64,000 nt of DNA from Raillietiella orientalis (Eukaryota), in assembly GCA_036172245.1 (NCBI GenBank), contig JAYWIR010000018.1, positions 2,480,001 to 2,544,000 of the forward strand, read 5' to 3'. The notes under the pieces were generated by a model. The model searched no databases and was not told the origin of the DNA. It saw only the letters and a program-made list of their open reading frames with translations. Shown here one piece after another: positions 12,401 to 27,200 of the stretch. The translations under genes and the position numbers were made by a program. The first letter of the stretch is position 1; the number at the start of each line of letters is the position of its first letter.

Positions 12401-15400
12401 CTTCAAACCAAGCAGACAATCTTTCCAAACCTTCTGAATAAACGAAATCATTCTCGGGTGGTGTTCGATGACCATGGAACGATAGTAAACTGCAAGTTCT
12501 GCAGTGCATCCAGCAAGCAAGATTCTTCAGCTTGAACAAAGAGCGTCATCGGCTCCGCCAATTCGCTACTCAGCTGTAAACTTGAAGCTATGTTTCAGCT
12601 GCTCATCCGGCTGCATCTCCACATTTAAAGAAGACAGAAAATTACAGAAGTCAGTTAGATGGCAGAGTTGCAGAGGGGAGATGACTGGATGCATCGGTCC
12701 GATGGCCCGGTGATCAAGTAGCGTCACCTGCTGAACACCACTTCCGAGTGCACTCCCCATAAGACCGAAGCGATGAGAAGAAGAGAGAGAAGGAATTTCA
12801 ACCAACGCGACTTCCTCTGCCCCCATGACAGGGAGGGCAAGACTGAATTCCCACCCAAATAAAACCATCTCCCTCAGAGAAAAAGTCGCAAGAGGATTTT
12901 ATTCGAAGGCGACGAAAGAACAAACCAACACCTTCCTTCTGACAGGTCACGAGCCTTGCCATCTTGGAAAGCGAGAACGATCAGAATCCCGAAAGATCAT
13001 AAAAAATCAATACACGTCTTTATTATATACATTAATAGGTGTATTTATATATACATTAATACGTAGAGTAATACATATATTAATGATTATAAATAAAAAT
13101 ACACATGTTCATTATGTATATTAATGTAATTAATAACATGCTTATTATATGTATTATACGTTCGGGAGACCGGCCGGAAATCTCAGGACCTGCCTTCCGC
13201 CGAGACTCCCCAGGAGCCGCGACAACAACGGGACATCTCTTTCCGCCTGCTTCAGGACTGTCTGGCCACTCTGAGAGGCCTCTGACCGAGTCCCAGGAAG
13301 GTTCGACTAGCTCAGAGGACTCACTGGAAACCCATTGATTCTGGAGGGTGGCCACGTTTGCAAGAATCCTTCGAGGAGCATCTCCTCTTCTTCCAGCATC
13401 CGCAACTCAAGAAAGTCCTGCGCTTGAGGGTGGAAGAGGAACTGCCCGACGGCACGGGAAGGCGGAGGACTTGCGAGCTGGCAGACGCCGCCACGCCTCG
13501 CCACATCTCGAAGGGACTCCTTCGGTGGAGTGAACACTTGAGTGTGCCCCCCGAAGAACTTGTGGTCCCTCCCTCCTGTTTGAACACTTCTGTGTTCCCC
13601 CTTTCGTGGAAGCAGGACGTGATCATGCTGGTGCATTGGGGTTTTCACTCCAACCAGCGGACGAACCGTGTTTCCGGGGGAGTTGTCTCCCCAAACTGTA
13701 AGCGGTGCGGGGAAGTGGAAACGCTCCCGCACCTGCTTTTGGACTGCGGTGCCCTCCAAGGACTTTGGGGGAGGCTGGCCTCAGCTCTCCTGCACCAGGG
13801 GGACACCGCAACAGACTTGATGCGCCGCTTCTTCACGCCAGGCGGCCTGTCTTTGGGTGCTGTCGTTGCAACCGTGTGTTGCACCCGCGCCATCGACAAG
13901 GCCCACCGAGAGTTGGAGAAGCTGGCCATCCTTCGTCAGCCCACCGGATTAGCCAGCACAAGCATGTCGTCGGCTGCCGAGTGGGCCCATCTGCCACAGG
14001 ACGTAAGGAGAGAGATCGCCGGTTTTGAAAGGAAGGAACGGACTCACCAAAGACCCCTGTCCCCTGCCCACCATATTTTTTATTTTTATTTTTTATAGTA
14101 GTCTATTTGTGGTCCCCTCCCTCCCGTTCCGGACTTTCGGCACACCGACCTGCGTGTCGGGGATCCCACCCCCTTCGTATCTTGTTTTCCCCTTTGTCCA
14201 GGAACTCTGTTCCCGGATAGTTTTTAATAAACGCCCCGGCGCACGCGGTTGATAAACGGCACGGGAAGGAGGCGCGCGAGCGCAAACGTGAATAAATAAG
14301 CGCTCCGGAGGCGACTGTGCCTGTGAACCGCCAGCGGACTCAGCTTCCGTATCCAGGGTTACAGCGGAAGGTTTCGCAGTGCCGAAAAGAGGTCGGGTAG
14401 AATTGAATCAAGGGTTGCCGTGGCACAGGAGAAGGCGCAGGATGAGAGCAGATGAGAGGGATCTCTGAGAGAACAAACGTGATTAGTACTAATTTAAAAA
14501 CGCGTCCATTACTTCGGCGAGAGGAATACCTAGGGACAACATTATCCCAGAGGATTGTTGATGAGCTGGGTAATGAACGGGGAATTCTTGCGCCTGTCAT
14601 GCACGGGGCAAGCTCGGTTGCCATGGAAGGTTGCTAGGAGTGATGCTGAGAGCATGTGGGTGGAGGAAGAAGGATCTGTGGTCCGGCGTTTTTGGTTTGT
14701 TGGCGCGCAGAGGGTCCGAACAGACAAGACGTAGGTTCGAGGGCAACCTCGAAGAGCGCCATGGGGAAGGTGAAGAGGGGAGGATGATGAGGCTACTGGA
14801 TAATACAGCGATGAGGAGGTGGCCACTGCTGACCTTGGCCGGCGACGGCAAAGGAGGTGATGTAAGTACGACCGGCAGTCCTACTGCTCGCGAATGTCAG
14901 GGAAAGAATGACGAAAGAGGGGCGAAGAACCAAAGTGCTGATGGGTAGGCCTATCTTGGGGATTGGGGAATGAGGATGAGAAATAGGGTAATGATAGTCT
15001 TGACTGACAAGAAGGGTTTTTTTTTGTAGGATATTCCTGATCCTTTTCGAGATTTGATCATCGGAGGGAACGGATGGATCTGTGATCTGATGGGGCGAGG
15101 AGTCCTAGGGAGCTGTTGAAAGGCTGTGGCAAAGATGGTAGTCATAAAACAACAGCACATAGCAAGGATAGTAATCTTAGAGGGGCAAAAAGTTTAATTG
15201 ATGTTTGTGATGCAGTAAGGATTGTAGTAACGAAAGAATAGTAATATGGAAAGCATAATAGGGATGCAGTAACACGTAAGTGGTGTGCTGAAAATAAGAG
15301 TAACGCAGTAAGCACCACAGAGACGTGGCAAGGACAATACCAATCTTCAAAGGACAAGAACAATATAGTAAGCAATATGGTGATAGCAATGTAATAAAGC

Positions 15401-18208
15401 AAGAATCCTAGAATGTCAAAGATAGCAACATGAATGGCAATACAATAACAATGATAGTAAATAGGATATGGGGTTAGTGACATTATAAGTTAATAGTTAC
15501 GTAATAAGGATATCAATGTAGCTGATATAGGCAAGTGAATTATTTCATAAATTCATAAATTCTTCCATAAAATAGTAACATAGCAAAAATAATGATAAGA
15601 ATAACGTAAAAATAGACATGCAGTAATTGTAAGCATACCAGTTACATAAGAGAAGTTACATAACAAGAATGATGGCAATGCAGTGACCACAACGGTAGAA
15701 CAAGTAGCGATAATAGAAACATAATAAATTTAGCAATACATTTAAGATGACAGTAATATAATAAGGAGAATACCGATATAATATGGGAAGTAATATAGTG
15801 AGAATAGTGCAAGTCAATAGGAACGGTAGTTAAAGGCAGTTAACCGTGGCGCAGTAAGGATCGTGGTGGAGTAAGGACATAATAATGGTGGCAAGAGGGA
15901 AGAAGGATACTTGTAGCGCAGTAGGGATAGTGCTATAGTAAGGACTGTAGTAACGGTTGAGTCTGAGAAAAGTTCGAGGTGGAAGCAAAGGGGCCGGGTG
16001 AAGGGGATGATGAAGCGCACCATCGGCACTTTCCTGAGCTCACAACGCAGGAGCTGCGCGCGGAGCGAAGACCTGGAGGCGACGCGCGGGTCGTCGCCAC
16101 TGGGATTGCGGCGGCGAGGTCGGGTGGTCTCGTGGCCGCGTAGTGAGAGCGAGAGGAGGACGCACCCAGAGGACCGCTTCGTCTCGGTGCAGAGCGCGGT
16201 CCTCCTCGAGGCTCCGCTGGCCGCCATTTCGGGACTTCGAGATTCCCGCGCCGCGGCGCCCGGAAAGACAAAGCTCCGCTGAGCGAGAAGTGGAGGATCG
16301 GTCCGTGCGCGTGCGCTAAGAGGCGAAAAGCAGGGGGACCCCTAGGGCCAGTGGGGAAGAGAGAAACTTCCCGATGTCCGATGCGTCCCGGGCACTGCGA
16401 CAGAAGCCGATCCTGCCGCCTCGTTGGGGTCGAGGTATCCCCCGGTCCATCAACTCGAAGTCCCGCTTCCCGACAAAAGACTCCCAGCTGGCGCCCCCAG
16501 AGCTTGTCCGGTACTCCGGACCGCGGTGCACGTCTTCACGGACAACGGGGGCGGAGAGATCATACGGCGGTGGGTGGGGCGGGTAAGAAGGAGCGAGTAG
16601 GGGGGGGACCGATGTCCGCCGATTTGCCCATCAAGCGAGGGAAAGGGGTGGGGCGAGTTGTCCAGGCGGTCGCCCGTAGACAGGATGCTCGTAGGAGGCG
16701 CCTTCCTCCGAAGAAGACATCGGGACAGTGGAAGTGGCAAACGTCCAACATGGGGGGAAGGTGACCGAGGTTCCACGCAATGATGGCCAGGCGATTCTGT
16801 ACATGCAGGCCAGATGGGAGAGTGACTAGTTGCCAAGGCAAACCCTGGCTGGCAGGCGGCAGCTGGCGATGGATGCCGTTCCGGAGAAACGGCATCCATC
16901 GCCAGTCCTTGCGCGCGCGCGCGCTGCTCGCAAGGACGCCGAGGATGAGACGCGGACTCCGACAGGAGGAAGAGGAAAGGGGACGCGCCGGGTCGAGCGA
17001 GTGTTTCTGCAAACCTCAATAGGGGCTCCTGTCTTTTCTCCTGTTCCATCTCTCCAATCAGAAGGTGGGAGCAGGGAGGCAACTACTGCCCGCGACCCGG
17101 GAGGAGTCCCTCGTTCCGGGTCGCATCCCTCTGAAGAGCGGGGAGGAATCGCCGGAGGGGGAGGGACACGGGAGGCACCTGCAGAGGGCAAATCCCATGG
17201 CTTCCGCCGAGCTCTAAAGGAACGGCGGCAGGGAAACGCTCACACAGAGATGTCCGGGACTCGCCACGGTTGCCTGGTTTCGCTCTTGAGCTGAGGGTAC
17301 AGAGGAGCAAAACCCCTATGCGAGTTCCCGTGCGGGAGAACCATCGACTAGCGAGGGAGAGGTCCTTCAGACAAAAATGAGTTCTCCTGGCAGCTCGAAA
17401 GGGGCGGATGCTTTCCGGAATGAGGGAGGAGCGAGCATACAGGAGAAGAATGCCAGGAAGGGGTCGGGCACTCGACCCTCTGGAAAGTTCGAAAGTCAAC
17501 TACCCGCCCCCCGAGAGCGGGTGCTCATTCTCCTCGCGAGCGGAATACCAAGTGATGAAACCCATGGAGGAGCAGTTTTCTAAGCAACTAGCCCAAGCCT
17601 CTGCAATGAAACATCCCGTCGTCATTTGCCACCGATGGGCACCATTAGCCAACAACGGCTCGTGGACATTCCGAATTCGCTGTTCACGTTCCCTTCCTGA
17701 ATTTCCTTGCAAAACGGTGGTCAACAAACTGAGGAGGCGGTTTCATCTGTCCGTGCACCTTGAGCTTTGCTTTCCCAGCGTCCTGGTCGCGCTCAAACAG
17801 CATGCCATCTTCGGTCCGCCCACCCCCATCTACTACTGGACTTCCTGCAGCACCTTTTTTTCTGTTTGTAAGAGCCCTCAAGAGTCCCAGCCTCCTTCGT
17901 CAATTTCCCTCTCTCCTCTGCTCATAATAGGGATTTCCAGAGAGCTATGACCTTTGCCCACTCTTGCTCCTGCTTGTTCTCGCAGTCTCCTCGTGCTTTT
18001 AACTGAAGATGTTTCCCAATGCGGAGTGGGATTCCCGCCACTCTGACTTGAACCTCCGCGAAGCCGTCCGGGTGTCTTCTCAGACGCAAAGGAACACGAG
18101 AGGATTCCTCGCTTCTGAAGTGTAGCCGAGCATGCGCCTGGAAGTCCGAAGGAACGATTTCGTCTTCCGATCCCTTCGCAAGCTCGCCCGGGATGAGAAC
18201 GACAGAAC

Positions 18209-18262
<54 letters not shown>

Positions 18263-21200
18263 GGGGGCAACATGGTGAAGATAATGACGTCGTAACCAGG
18301 GCGGCGATACAGAAACAGCCTCTTAGCAAGGATAACGGTCGTATAATGGGATAATAGCGATGTACAAAAAATAATTTTGGCACAGTGAGGCTAACAGTAA
18401 TATAAGTACAATACGAATGCAGCAATTATAGTAGCAATATTGTGGCAGTAATAGCAGTATGGTGAGGATAATAGTAATACAAAAAAAGGCCCATAATTAT
18501 TATTCTTACTACAATTCTGAGGTCCCCTCATGTAGTTGCAGACGCGAAAGCCAAACCATCACACATTAGGACCGAGTAAATGCTTTGTCAGCGGACATTC
18601 CGAAAGAAGAAGAAACCAGGTCATGTACCAGGTCAATCCGCCCTGGCTGCACTTAACGACTCATGCAAACAAGATGCATTCCGTTTGCTGAGCCACATGG
18701 AAGTCAGCTTCACTGCTGAAACTGACCTGCCCGAAGTACGCGTGCAGCCCAAGCAGTCGGAGCTGGCAGCTGGGTGGCGTTCATTTCAGACGCAGATTTC
18801 GAGTAGTTTTCACCCAAAGGCGCCTTCCTGCAGCCACAAAGCAGTTACAACGGCATTATTCTCTCTGTGTCGGCATTTTTTTTTTTGTGGTTCTGTCTTT
18901 CTCGTCTAGAGAGAGCTTGCAAAGGGGGTCGGACGGCGAAATCGCTCCCCGGGTTGACTTCCAGATGCAAGCTCAGCACCACTTCAGAAGCTAGGATAAA
19001 TCCCATCCGTTCGAAGACAAGTTGCAAGAACTACTGCATCGCGGGTGAGCGAACCACACGGTGCAGGAAGGTACACGGCCGCGGAAGATGAAGAAATCAA
19101 AGAGGGTCAAGAAATCAAAAACAATTTTGGCTACGAGTGTTTATGCAGGCGCCAAGGATTGGCTTTCGGTTTTCGAGAAGATTCACTCACATTGAGGACC
19201 TGCCTTAACCATTGCTGAACGGATTCGCAAGGAAGAAACACAAAAATTCGTACTTTTAAGAAAGACTTGGACTTAGGTGGAATGAATTTATCAGAGGCAT
19301 CCAGGAACAGAGAGACTTCTTCATCATCTCCAGAGACAAACATGACTACGGACTTGTGGAATCCTCGTTCTTCAGAATAGGCAGCGGCAACGGCATATTC
19401 TGTAAGGGAACAGTGGCTACATCTGTGTGCACGTCTCGCAAGCTGCAGATATGTCGGTGTCGTGTGGTGCTCACAGTATGAGTTTAGGAAACGCAACAGG
19501 AGCAGTTCTTTCACAGCATCACAGCATCGTGATAAGGTTGTCTTGGCAACAACGGTGCGATAGAGGGAAGTCACCAAAACAACAGCGAAATGCAATGCCA
19601 CATCAGCAGCCGCATCGAGGGCATGCCTTCAAGTGATATGATGTGACGGACCTTGGGACATTCACGAAGCACTCTTCTGTGAGCCGAAAGGTCTGCACTG
19701 AAGGTCCTGCTTGGATTCTTCAGCGGAGTTTCGAGCTGGCCTCGCAGAAGAAACGGCATGGCCTTCTGGAAACTCGTGTTGCACGCACCACAGCACATAG
19801 CATGACCTTTCCCCAAAAGCAAAGAAGCAGACGGGGACAAAACGCTCAATGCAATTCCGTGAGAAGTCGAACAGGCCCTACCACAACTTGTGGGGGAGAC
19901 GACTTGGCAGGAAGATCACGAGGGGGTCATGGGTAGTCATGGATCATGGGCCCTCGCTCTCGCTCGCTGCCTCGCGTGGTCGCAAACGCTTGAGAGAATA
20001 AATGAACTTACGGAAAGGATGTTGTTCCCTTCACTGTTCAAGATCATGATGCACTGGTCAAAGTGGTGGTGCTCCATGATGGAGGTGGAATAGAGGACTG
20101 CCAAGGGCGATTCGCTTCTCGACTGGAAGGCATTGTTCGTTCCTCGGTGGTCAAGGTCGTGGCAGAGGCAGGCGACCAGCAATCCTAGTATCTTTAAAAC
20201 AGAAATGGCAAATGGTGAGTGCACAACGCAGTTGAGGTGAGAAAGAGAGATGCATAACAATAGGACTCCTCTCTATCCAGCCTATCGAATCTTCACCTTG
20301 TCTTTAAGAATCGCATGCAGCTCGGGATGGGGCTGGTTGCCATAGCTCCTGTCATAAGAGGGACTCTCTCTCGAAAGCGTCGACGCGCCAGAGGTTTTTC
20401 AGGCATACTGCGACGGAGCGAGAGGGCTTGATCTCGCTGCCAAGGGAGTGGTGCTGGGTGAGTCTCTCTCTGTTGAGGACCGGAGGTTCTTGGGTTGCCA
20501 GGCTGTCCGCTCCTGACCTCACGGCAGAACGGTTTCTTCCGTTTTTTTTTCAGGGGGGGGGGACATTCAGTCGCGCTTTTCCCGAGCATTCACATTCAAG
20601 AAACATCACGTTGTTTGCAGCGTCGTTTTGGCGACAAAGAGAGCTGCTCATAAGACAAATCACCAGGAATCCCTGACAGGGCAGAAAGTGGAGAGAAGTG
20701 AAGATTATCATCCCGCTACGATGCTATGGAGGACGCTGTGGGAGAGTGGTAAAAGAGGACGGGCGCCCTGGGACCCCAATTGGTGCGTTCCCAAAAGACA
20801 AGACGAGAATTCGAAGCGCCTCGGGGAACGGGATGGAAACCGACCGCTCGACCGAGCCTCCTTCAAGCTTTGCTCTCCGGAAAAGAGGCTGATTGAGAGA
20901 AGCGAGGGAAGATGTCACGCCTTCTCGTAGCGTGTATGGAGGAGCCCATATGACACAACATCCCTATCATCCAGCCGAGATAAGGCAGGTTCATCTCCGA
21001 GGTCCGTGAGGAAAGGGCGATTCTTCCAAGCTCATCGGATCTCACATGGGGACCGATGACCAGGCCTCCACATCCCTGGATGCGCTTAGCATCTCGCGAA
21101 GATAAACGTCACGTGACTCCTCGAAACCTCCTCCGAGGGATTCCTCTGGATGCACGCGCCCGTGTCTCCAACTGCCGTCCAGGCCCCCGAGAGCGGCGTT

Positions 21201-24200
21201 GCACGCAGCGGACTGGGTTCGAGGTCAGCAAGGTCTCCGCGAAGGAAGGAACCTGCGTTTTTCAGGGATGTTCTTTCAGCGTTCTGAACCACTGGGCACT
21301 GGAGAGTTCCCCGTCACCCCGTGCTGAGACCGCTTGCCTGCGTTCCGCCGCTGCGCGAGCCTAAAAGATGAGGCACTTCGTCGTCAGACCTTGCGGTCCA
21401 CCGCTGGGATTCGAGCCCGCTGCCTTCCACTCTGTACCATGAGGTTTTCAACACTGCGCCAAGACCACTCGACCGGGTTTTGCCGCCAGAGAGAAGTGAA
21501 GAGGAGCAAGTGCTCGTGCTCCCCCGTACTTGGATCAAAGATTCTTTTCATCGCGTGCAGATCTGGCAGGTTTCGCCACCTACAGAATGCTCGAGGGCAT
21601 GCACACCAGAGCATCTCAAAGTGTACCATAGGTCGGTAAAAGAAGGTCGTGCACCCACTGTAGTCACCTTCGCTCCTCTTTCAAGGTTTAGAGACAAGAA
21701 ACGCAGGATGAGAGCAACACTCCGAAGAACTGTTTGCCGCATCTCGGAAAGCTGCGGCAAACCAGTAGGGTTGCTTGCAAAGAGAGTAGACTGAAGCAGA
21801 CCACCTTTCCAAGCTGGCGGCCCGCCATTTTGTTCCCAATTTCGGACAGTTTCGAGAATATGGACTCGATCAAAGGGATGAGATCAAGTGACCCTTCTTT
21901 TCTCGACTTGCACAAATTCTTCAGTGCTGGAAAAGGGCCATTTCGCAGTCCGGGTTCCCCTAAGAGCAGGTGGACAACGAAAGTGGCCGCCTCGTTGGCG
22001 TGGAGGCAATTTTTCGGACGGAGACCTTGCCGGGATTCGAATCCGCAGTCACACTCTGCACCGGAGATTTATCTCCGCTGTACCAAGTCCGTTTCGGCAT
22101 CGTGCAGGTCGAATGGTAGTCCTTTTTTCGCCACGTGGCTGCGTAGGTCTCCCTGCTCGCTCTTTTGGAGGATCGCCTAGCCGGTGTAATGTCTAGCGGA
22201 CGCATGAGATGTTGCGCGAAACCACCATCTTGCTGAAGTGATCAGACGCAGAGACCTCGCCAGCGGAGGACGCTCAGGTGACCGTCCGAGCCCCGAACGG
22301 TTGGAACTCTGGGGCCTCGGCATCTCCAGAACGAGGGAGTAGTGCGACAGCTGGAGATTCCTAGGCTAAACAAGGCGCCTTGCGGCTGCCTTAAACATCC
22401 GGCATGTCTGCGATCCATGCGGGACCCATGGATTGGGGGGAACGCCCAGAGAGAACTGCTGCTGCCACTGGTGTGGACGAAGGGTGCTACGAGACGATCC
22501 TGCAACCTCATACGAACGGAAGGAGGACATAAGGCAGGGCGCGAAGATGCCGTTGGCAGGAGGGAGGGAGAGCACAAGGACCGCCCCATTATTCTACGCC
22601 ACCCCTCCGTTCGGTTGACGAACCACGCCGAGGTGGGTTGCGCACGTTCTTGGCGTTTCCGTCTCTCGCGAGGCGTCGCGTCGTTCCTGGCATCCGCTCG
22701 GACGGACTCGCGCGAGCGAACCGGGTTCCTGCCGCGAGCGAAAGGAAAATCACGCGCTGTTCCCCCGCCACTTTCCTTCCTTCCTTCAATCCTTGCAAGG
22801 TCCCTCCTCGAGCGGGACTGCTCCCGCATGGGAGGCGCTTTTGCTTCGAGCGGGACGTCGCGGTCCCTCCTTCCTCAGGAGGGGATCAGGTCGCAGCGAC
22901 GACGACCTCGCGCCGTCGGTTTGCTGCTGGTCAGCATCCCCCATCGCCATGAGCTCCTTCTTGATGGGGGGCGAAGAAGGTCATTGCTTCTGGTGCGCAT
23001 GCGGAATTGGAGCAAGCGAGTATTCGGGATGCGAGGCAGAGTCTTTGCATTTTTTTTGTTCCACCCCAGACACCAGAAGCAGGAGGGCAAAGTGAACTTT
23101 GCACCTGATCCCCAGCTGGCGTTCCGTGATAAAAGAGACAGACGCTCGCAGCACAGATGAATCTGCGGTCCGCAACTGAAAATTTGGTCACTCGCTTCAG
23201 CTGGACACACCCTTCCAAAGGTAAGAGGGATAAACGCAGATCGGTTTTCATCTTGGCTCCAACATCAAGTGGAAAGGTTGATCTTTCACGGAGGCCTATG
23301 GATGGAATGCACCCTTCGATCCGCTGAGCTGCGCTCGTGCAAAGGAGCGCGCCAGTGTCGAGACGGCACCGCTTGTTTCCGCGCAGAGGGCGCTTCGAGC
23401 TCAACGTCGTCGGTGAGGCACGACCAAAACCCGTGGACGGGGCAACGATAGGCGATGAAGGCATCTTCAGTTTAAGGTGGGAAGTACCCGGACGTGAATC
23501 GCCAGCGGACCGCCGACTGCTGAGCAGAGGGCAACTCCGTGCTGCCGCGAAAATTCCGTTCGAAGTGGTCAGCCGTCCTTCGAACCGCGTCCAGCGTCCG
23601 AGCAAATGATCTTGCGCAAAGGAGCATGGAAACCAGGACCCGAGGAAGGCTCGCGTGTTACTGAGTGGCATCTCAAGGCATTTTCCTCATCGGGGAGACC
23701 TCCCCTGAGATACTCTGGTCAAGAATTCGTTCATGCGGTCAAGCTAGACTTGCCGGCCATGGAAAGAGACCGTCGGAAGACGAGGAGAGGATCGCAGGTG
23801 CCGGAAGCGGCATTCGGCGGAAGACGCTTCCGCCTTTCTTGACCGTCGCAAGCTGCACCTTCCTCTACCATTCTGCGCGATCGTCGCCAGACAGCAGCCA
23901 AGAACGGGAGTGATAAGATCGCCTCCTCCAGGTCAGCCGCTTCCAGACCTAATTCCGGAGGGCGCAGAGCGAATCACGATTCCGGGGGGTGAGGTGTCCT
24001 TCCGAAGGGGTCGCCGACTCGGGTGGCGACCCATCCTGCGCTTCCCACAGAATGCCGCGTGCTCGAGAAGATCGTCTCCTTCCTTTTGCTTCCTCATCTT
24101 CGGAATGCTTGCCATCCTGAGTGAGTGATGTTTCGCAGGATCTCACAACGGCTTCCTCTGAGGTTCACCTCGAGTCAACGCGGAGAATCCGTCTACCAGG

Positions 24201-27200
24201 TTTTCTCCTTCCGCCTCGCCTCCTCTGTAGCCGTGCTGTATCCAAGAAGACCACGGCATATTCTCTCTGGATTTAAATCTGGAACGACTGGCTGGATGCC
24301 ACCAGATCTCGCTGTTGTCGTGTGATCTCTGGCGCGCAGATGGCAGCGATATACAGTCATCCCCCTATTGGCAAGGAGATCGGCCATCGAGCCGGTCGAG
24401 AGAGGTGAGTTAAATGCTCAAGTTGGCAGTCGGTTCGCAGCAGTGCGTCCCGGCCAAGAGGACCTTGCGGAGCAGGCGATCGTGAGTTCGAAACCCGCCG
24501 GCCGACGCGCACGCTGCCCCTCGTTCGCCTGGGGCAAAGGCGACTGCCGGGGCTCCCCACGGCCCCGCACCCCAGGGAACCAGGCGAGTGACGACGGCAA
24601 TTCTCCAGCTACGTCAAGGTCGAGCCGCCCCAGATGGCCCCAACAAACCAAAGCTTGGATTCGGTGGGCGACCTTCCTCTCCTGACGCTCCTTTTCGTGC
24701 CTGTGACCTTCCGCGACGTGATTGGTGGCCGTGAGAGGTGCATCGAGCGCTCGAGGCAGAAGCAAAACGGCAGCGGAAGTCCTCCTAAGGGAAGGCTCAA
24801 ACCGCAATTCCTTTTTCTTTTCCTCCTTCGAAATTCCCGAACTGGAGAGATGGCGTTGGATGCTGCACGGCACCATCACCTCTCCGAGAGAGCCTGCCGT
24901 TTCCCTGGCAACGCAAGGATGCGTAGGCGATCCTTTGCGATCCTTTGCCCAGGAAGAATTTGTTCCCAGTGACCGGAAGGTAAGCGGTCAGCAGACTGCC
25001 GAACCTTTAATCTCGGAGAGTCCAATCAGCACGAGAGCAGCATCGGGCAGACAGCTGGCTGCTGCTGCACCTGCTCATGCGGGTACTGTGCATTGGGAGA
25101 TGAATCGGTCTCCGGACCCCAGCCTCCCTCCCTATCCGCCTATGTTGACTTCCGTTCCGTTACCGACATTGAAAATGGAGTGGGAAAAACGCCGACTTGA
25201 CTGAGGGGTCTTCTAGAAGAGCATGGCTGTACCGACCTCCATGCTCTGTACTTCGGCAATCCAAGAGAACGAGGCGAACGCTGTGTTGCGCCAAGGGGAG
25301 ATCTTGTCGAGGATTCGCTCTTTACGGTCTCTGCTTTTCCCAAGCGAGTTTCTTCCCTCGGGCACGCCGCTCTTGTGCGGCACGGGAAATGCGGGACGAG
25401 GAAAACAGTCTACAGAAGTAGGATTACGCGTGTTAAAATGGAAGACAAGACGAGCAGAGAAGCTCCAGGGAAGGTCGTCAAATGCTCCCTCTGAGAAACG
25501 GAATGGATCACATTCGGAAGTCCGAGGATCGACAGGAGCTAAATGGGAGGAAAGTGGTCGTGTGGCATCCAAGGAATATCTCTCAGGAGCTCCAGGTCGT
25601 CTTTAAAGGATCAACAAATAAAGGAAATGGCATCTCCGACGGTTCGGCGTCCTAGACATTTGTGGACAGCAAAATGATGCTGGCCAAACAACGTCTAGCG
25701 TCTTCCAGGTAGGGCGGCAAACCAGCAGCATTGGTACGGAGGACGTGCCAGAAGATGGCTGACCCTAAGCGAGCTGCACGGAGATGCTGACGTCGTCGCT
25801 GCGGATAGCTGCTTGAAGCTGTCCACGTCACCCGACACGTTCGTTGCGGAACTTTTTCTCCTCGCTCCACGAGACGCGGTCAAGAATAAAATTTCAGCCC
25901 CACTCACCCCTAAGAGCACTGAAAAATCCCTGTTCCGTGAGGACAACGTAAAAATTGGCACGCGATTCTAAAAAATGAAGGCCCGCAGGTCCTCCAGCGG
26001 ATGGGGGAAGCCAGCTGATCCTTGGGTATCCTGCCTTCAGCAGGGACGTGAGCAGGTAGATGGCGCTGTCCTACTCAAGAGAGCATGAAGAACCTGTGTT
26101 AAAAGTACCCAGACTGAGGGAAACGTCACTCCACGTCATCCTCACATTCCATTCCCCATTTTTCCGGCGCTGCCTACGATTTCCACTCCTCAGAGTCATG
26201 TATGAGACTTGACCGAACTTGTTGACTATATAGAAGAGCGTCCAGGAGACAAGGAGAAGTCGAGCGTGCTGAAGATGTGCAGGAAAATCTGAAGATGTGT
26301 GTTGCACGCAGGGAGACTCTGCCGGCGGCCTCCTCGTCCTCCCCAGCAAGGGTGTGACGCGAGCTCCTGAGCGCGGCCGGAGAGGAGGCAGGCGGAAGAG
26401 AGGGAGGACCCGTCTCAAGGGGCACAGAAGAATGCCAGATCCCAAAACGGAAGCTGCTTGCAGACCTGCTGCTACGGGGAATAGATCGAGCCGCCATACC
26501 GGACAAGGGATACCGCTTCAAGAAGCGATCTCGGAGAGTTCTCTCCCTTGGTGGCAGCCGCGTGGCTGCAGTCTCCGCGCGTGGCACCGAGCGTCGCGGG
26601 TTGGAATCCCAACCGTGGATAGATCAACACCAGAAAAATCGGTGCATCGTGAGAATCTAGTTCCCTTCGCAGGATGACGTTGGTTGGCCAGTTCGGATAC
26701 AACATCGGTGGAAGTTGGAACCCAGTTGTCTCCGCTGACTGGCCGGGATTGGAAGTTGACCCTCCATGGTCGTTCCAGGAATCAAGAACCCATTCCCCGC
26801 TGGTTGCGAAAACGAACCATCCATCGCGTACCATGGATCTGGTTGATACCTCCTTCGGGTAGTTGTCTCTCCAGAGGGTCAAGAAGCGCGCTGCTCCCTT
26901 CCGAGAGCGCCCTTCAGGGGAATTGGGAAGCATCCCTTAGGGTTCTCTTTAGAGGAGGATGCAGGGACGCAGGAGAGAATGAGGAGGAGGTGGTTCCCTT
27001 CGAGATTCATCTTCCAAGAGTGAGAGGAACGGACTCCTTCCTCCGGAGCCTTCCTGGATTCAAAGGGAGGTTCTCTCCTGTGGCACCCTCTTACTTGACT
27101 ACATGCATCCCCGGGTGGCATGGACAGTGCTAAAGAGCCCAGAGAGGACGTTCTCGAGGCGTTTAGATTGTCTCGGAGGAAGCAAAAACTCCCCCCGAGA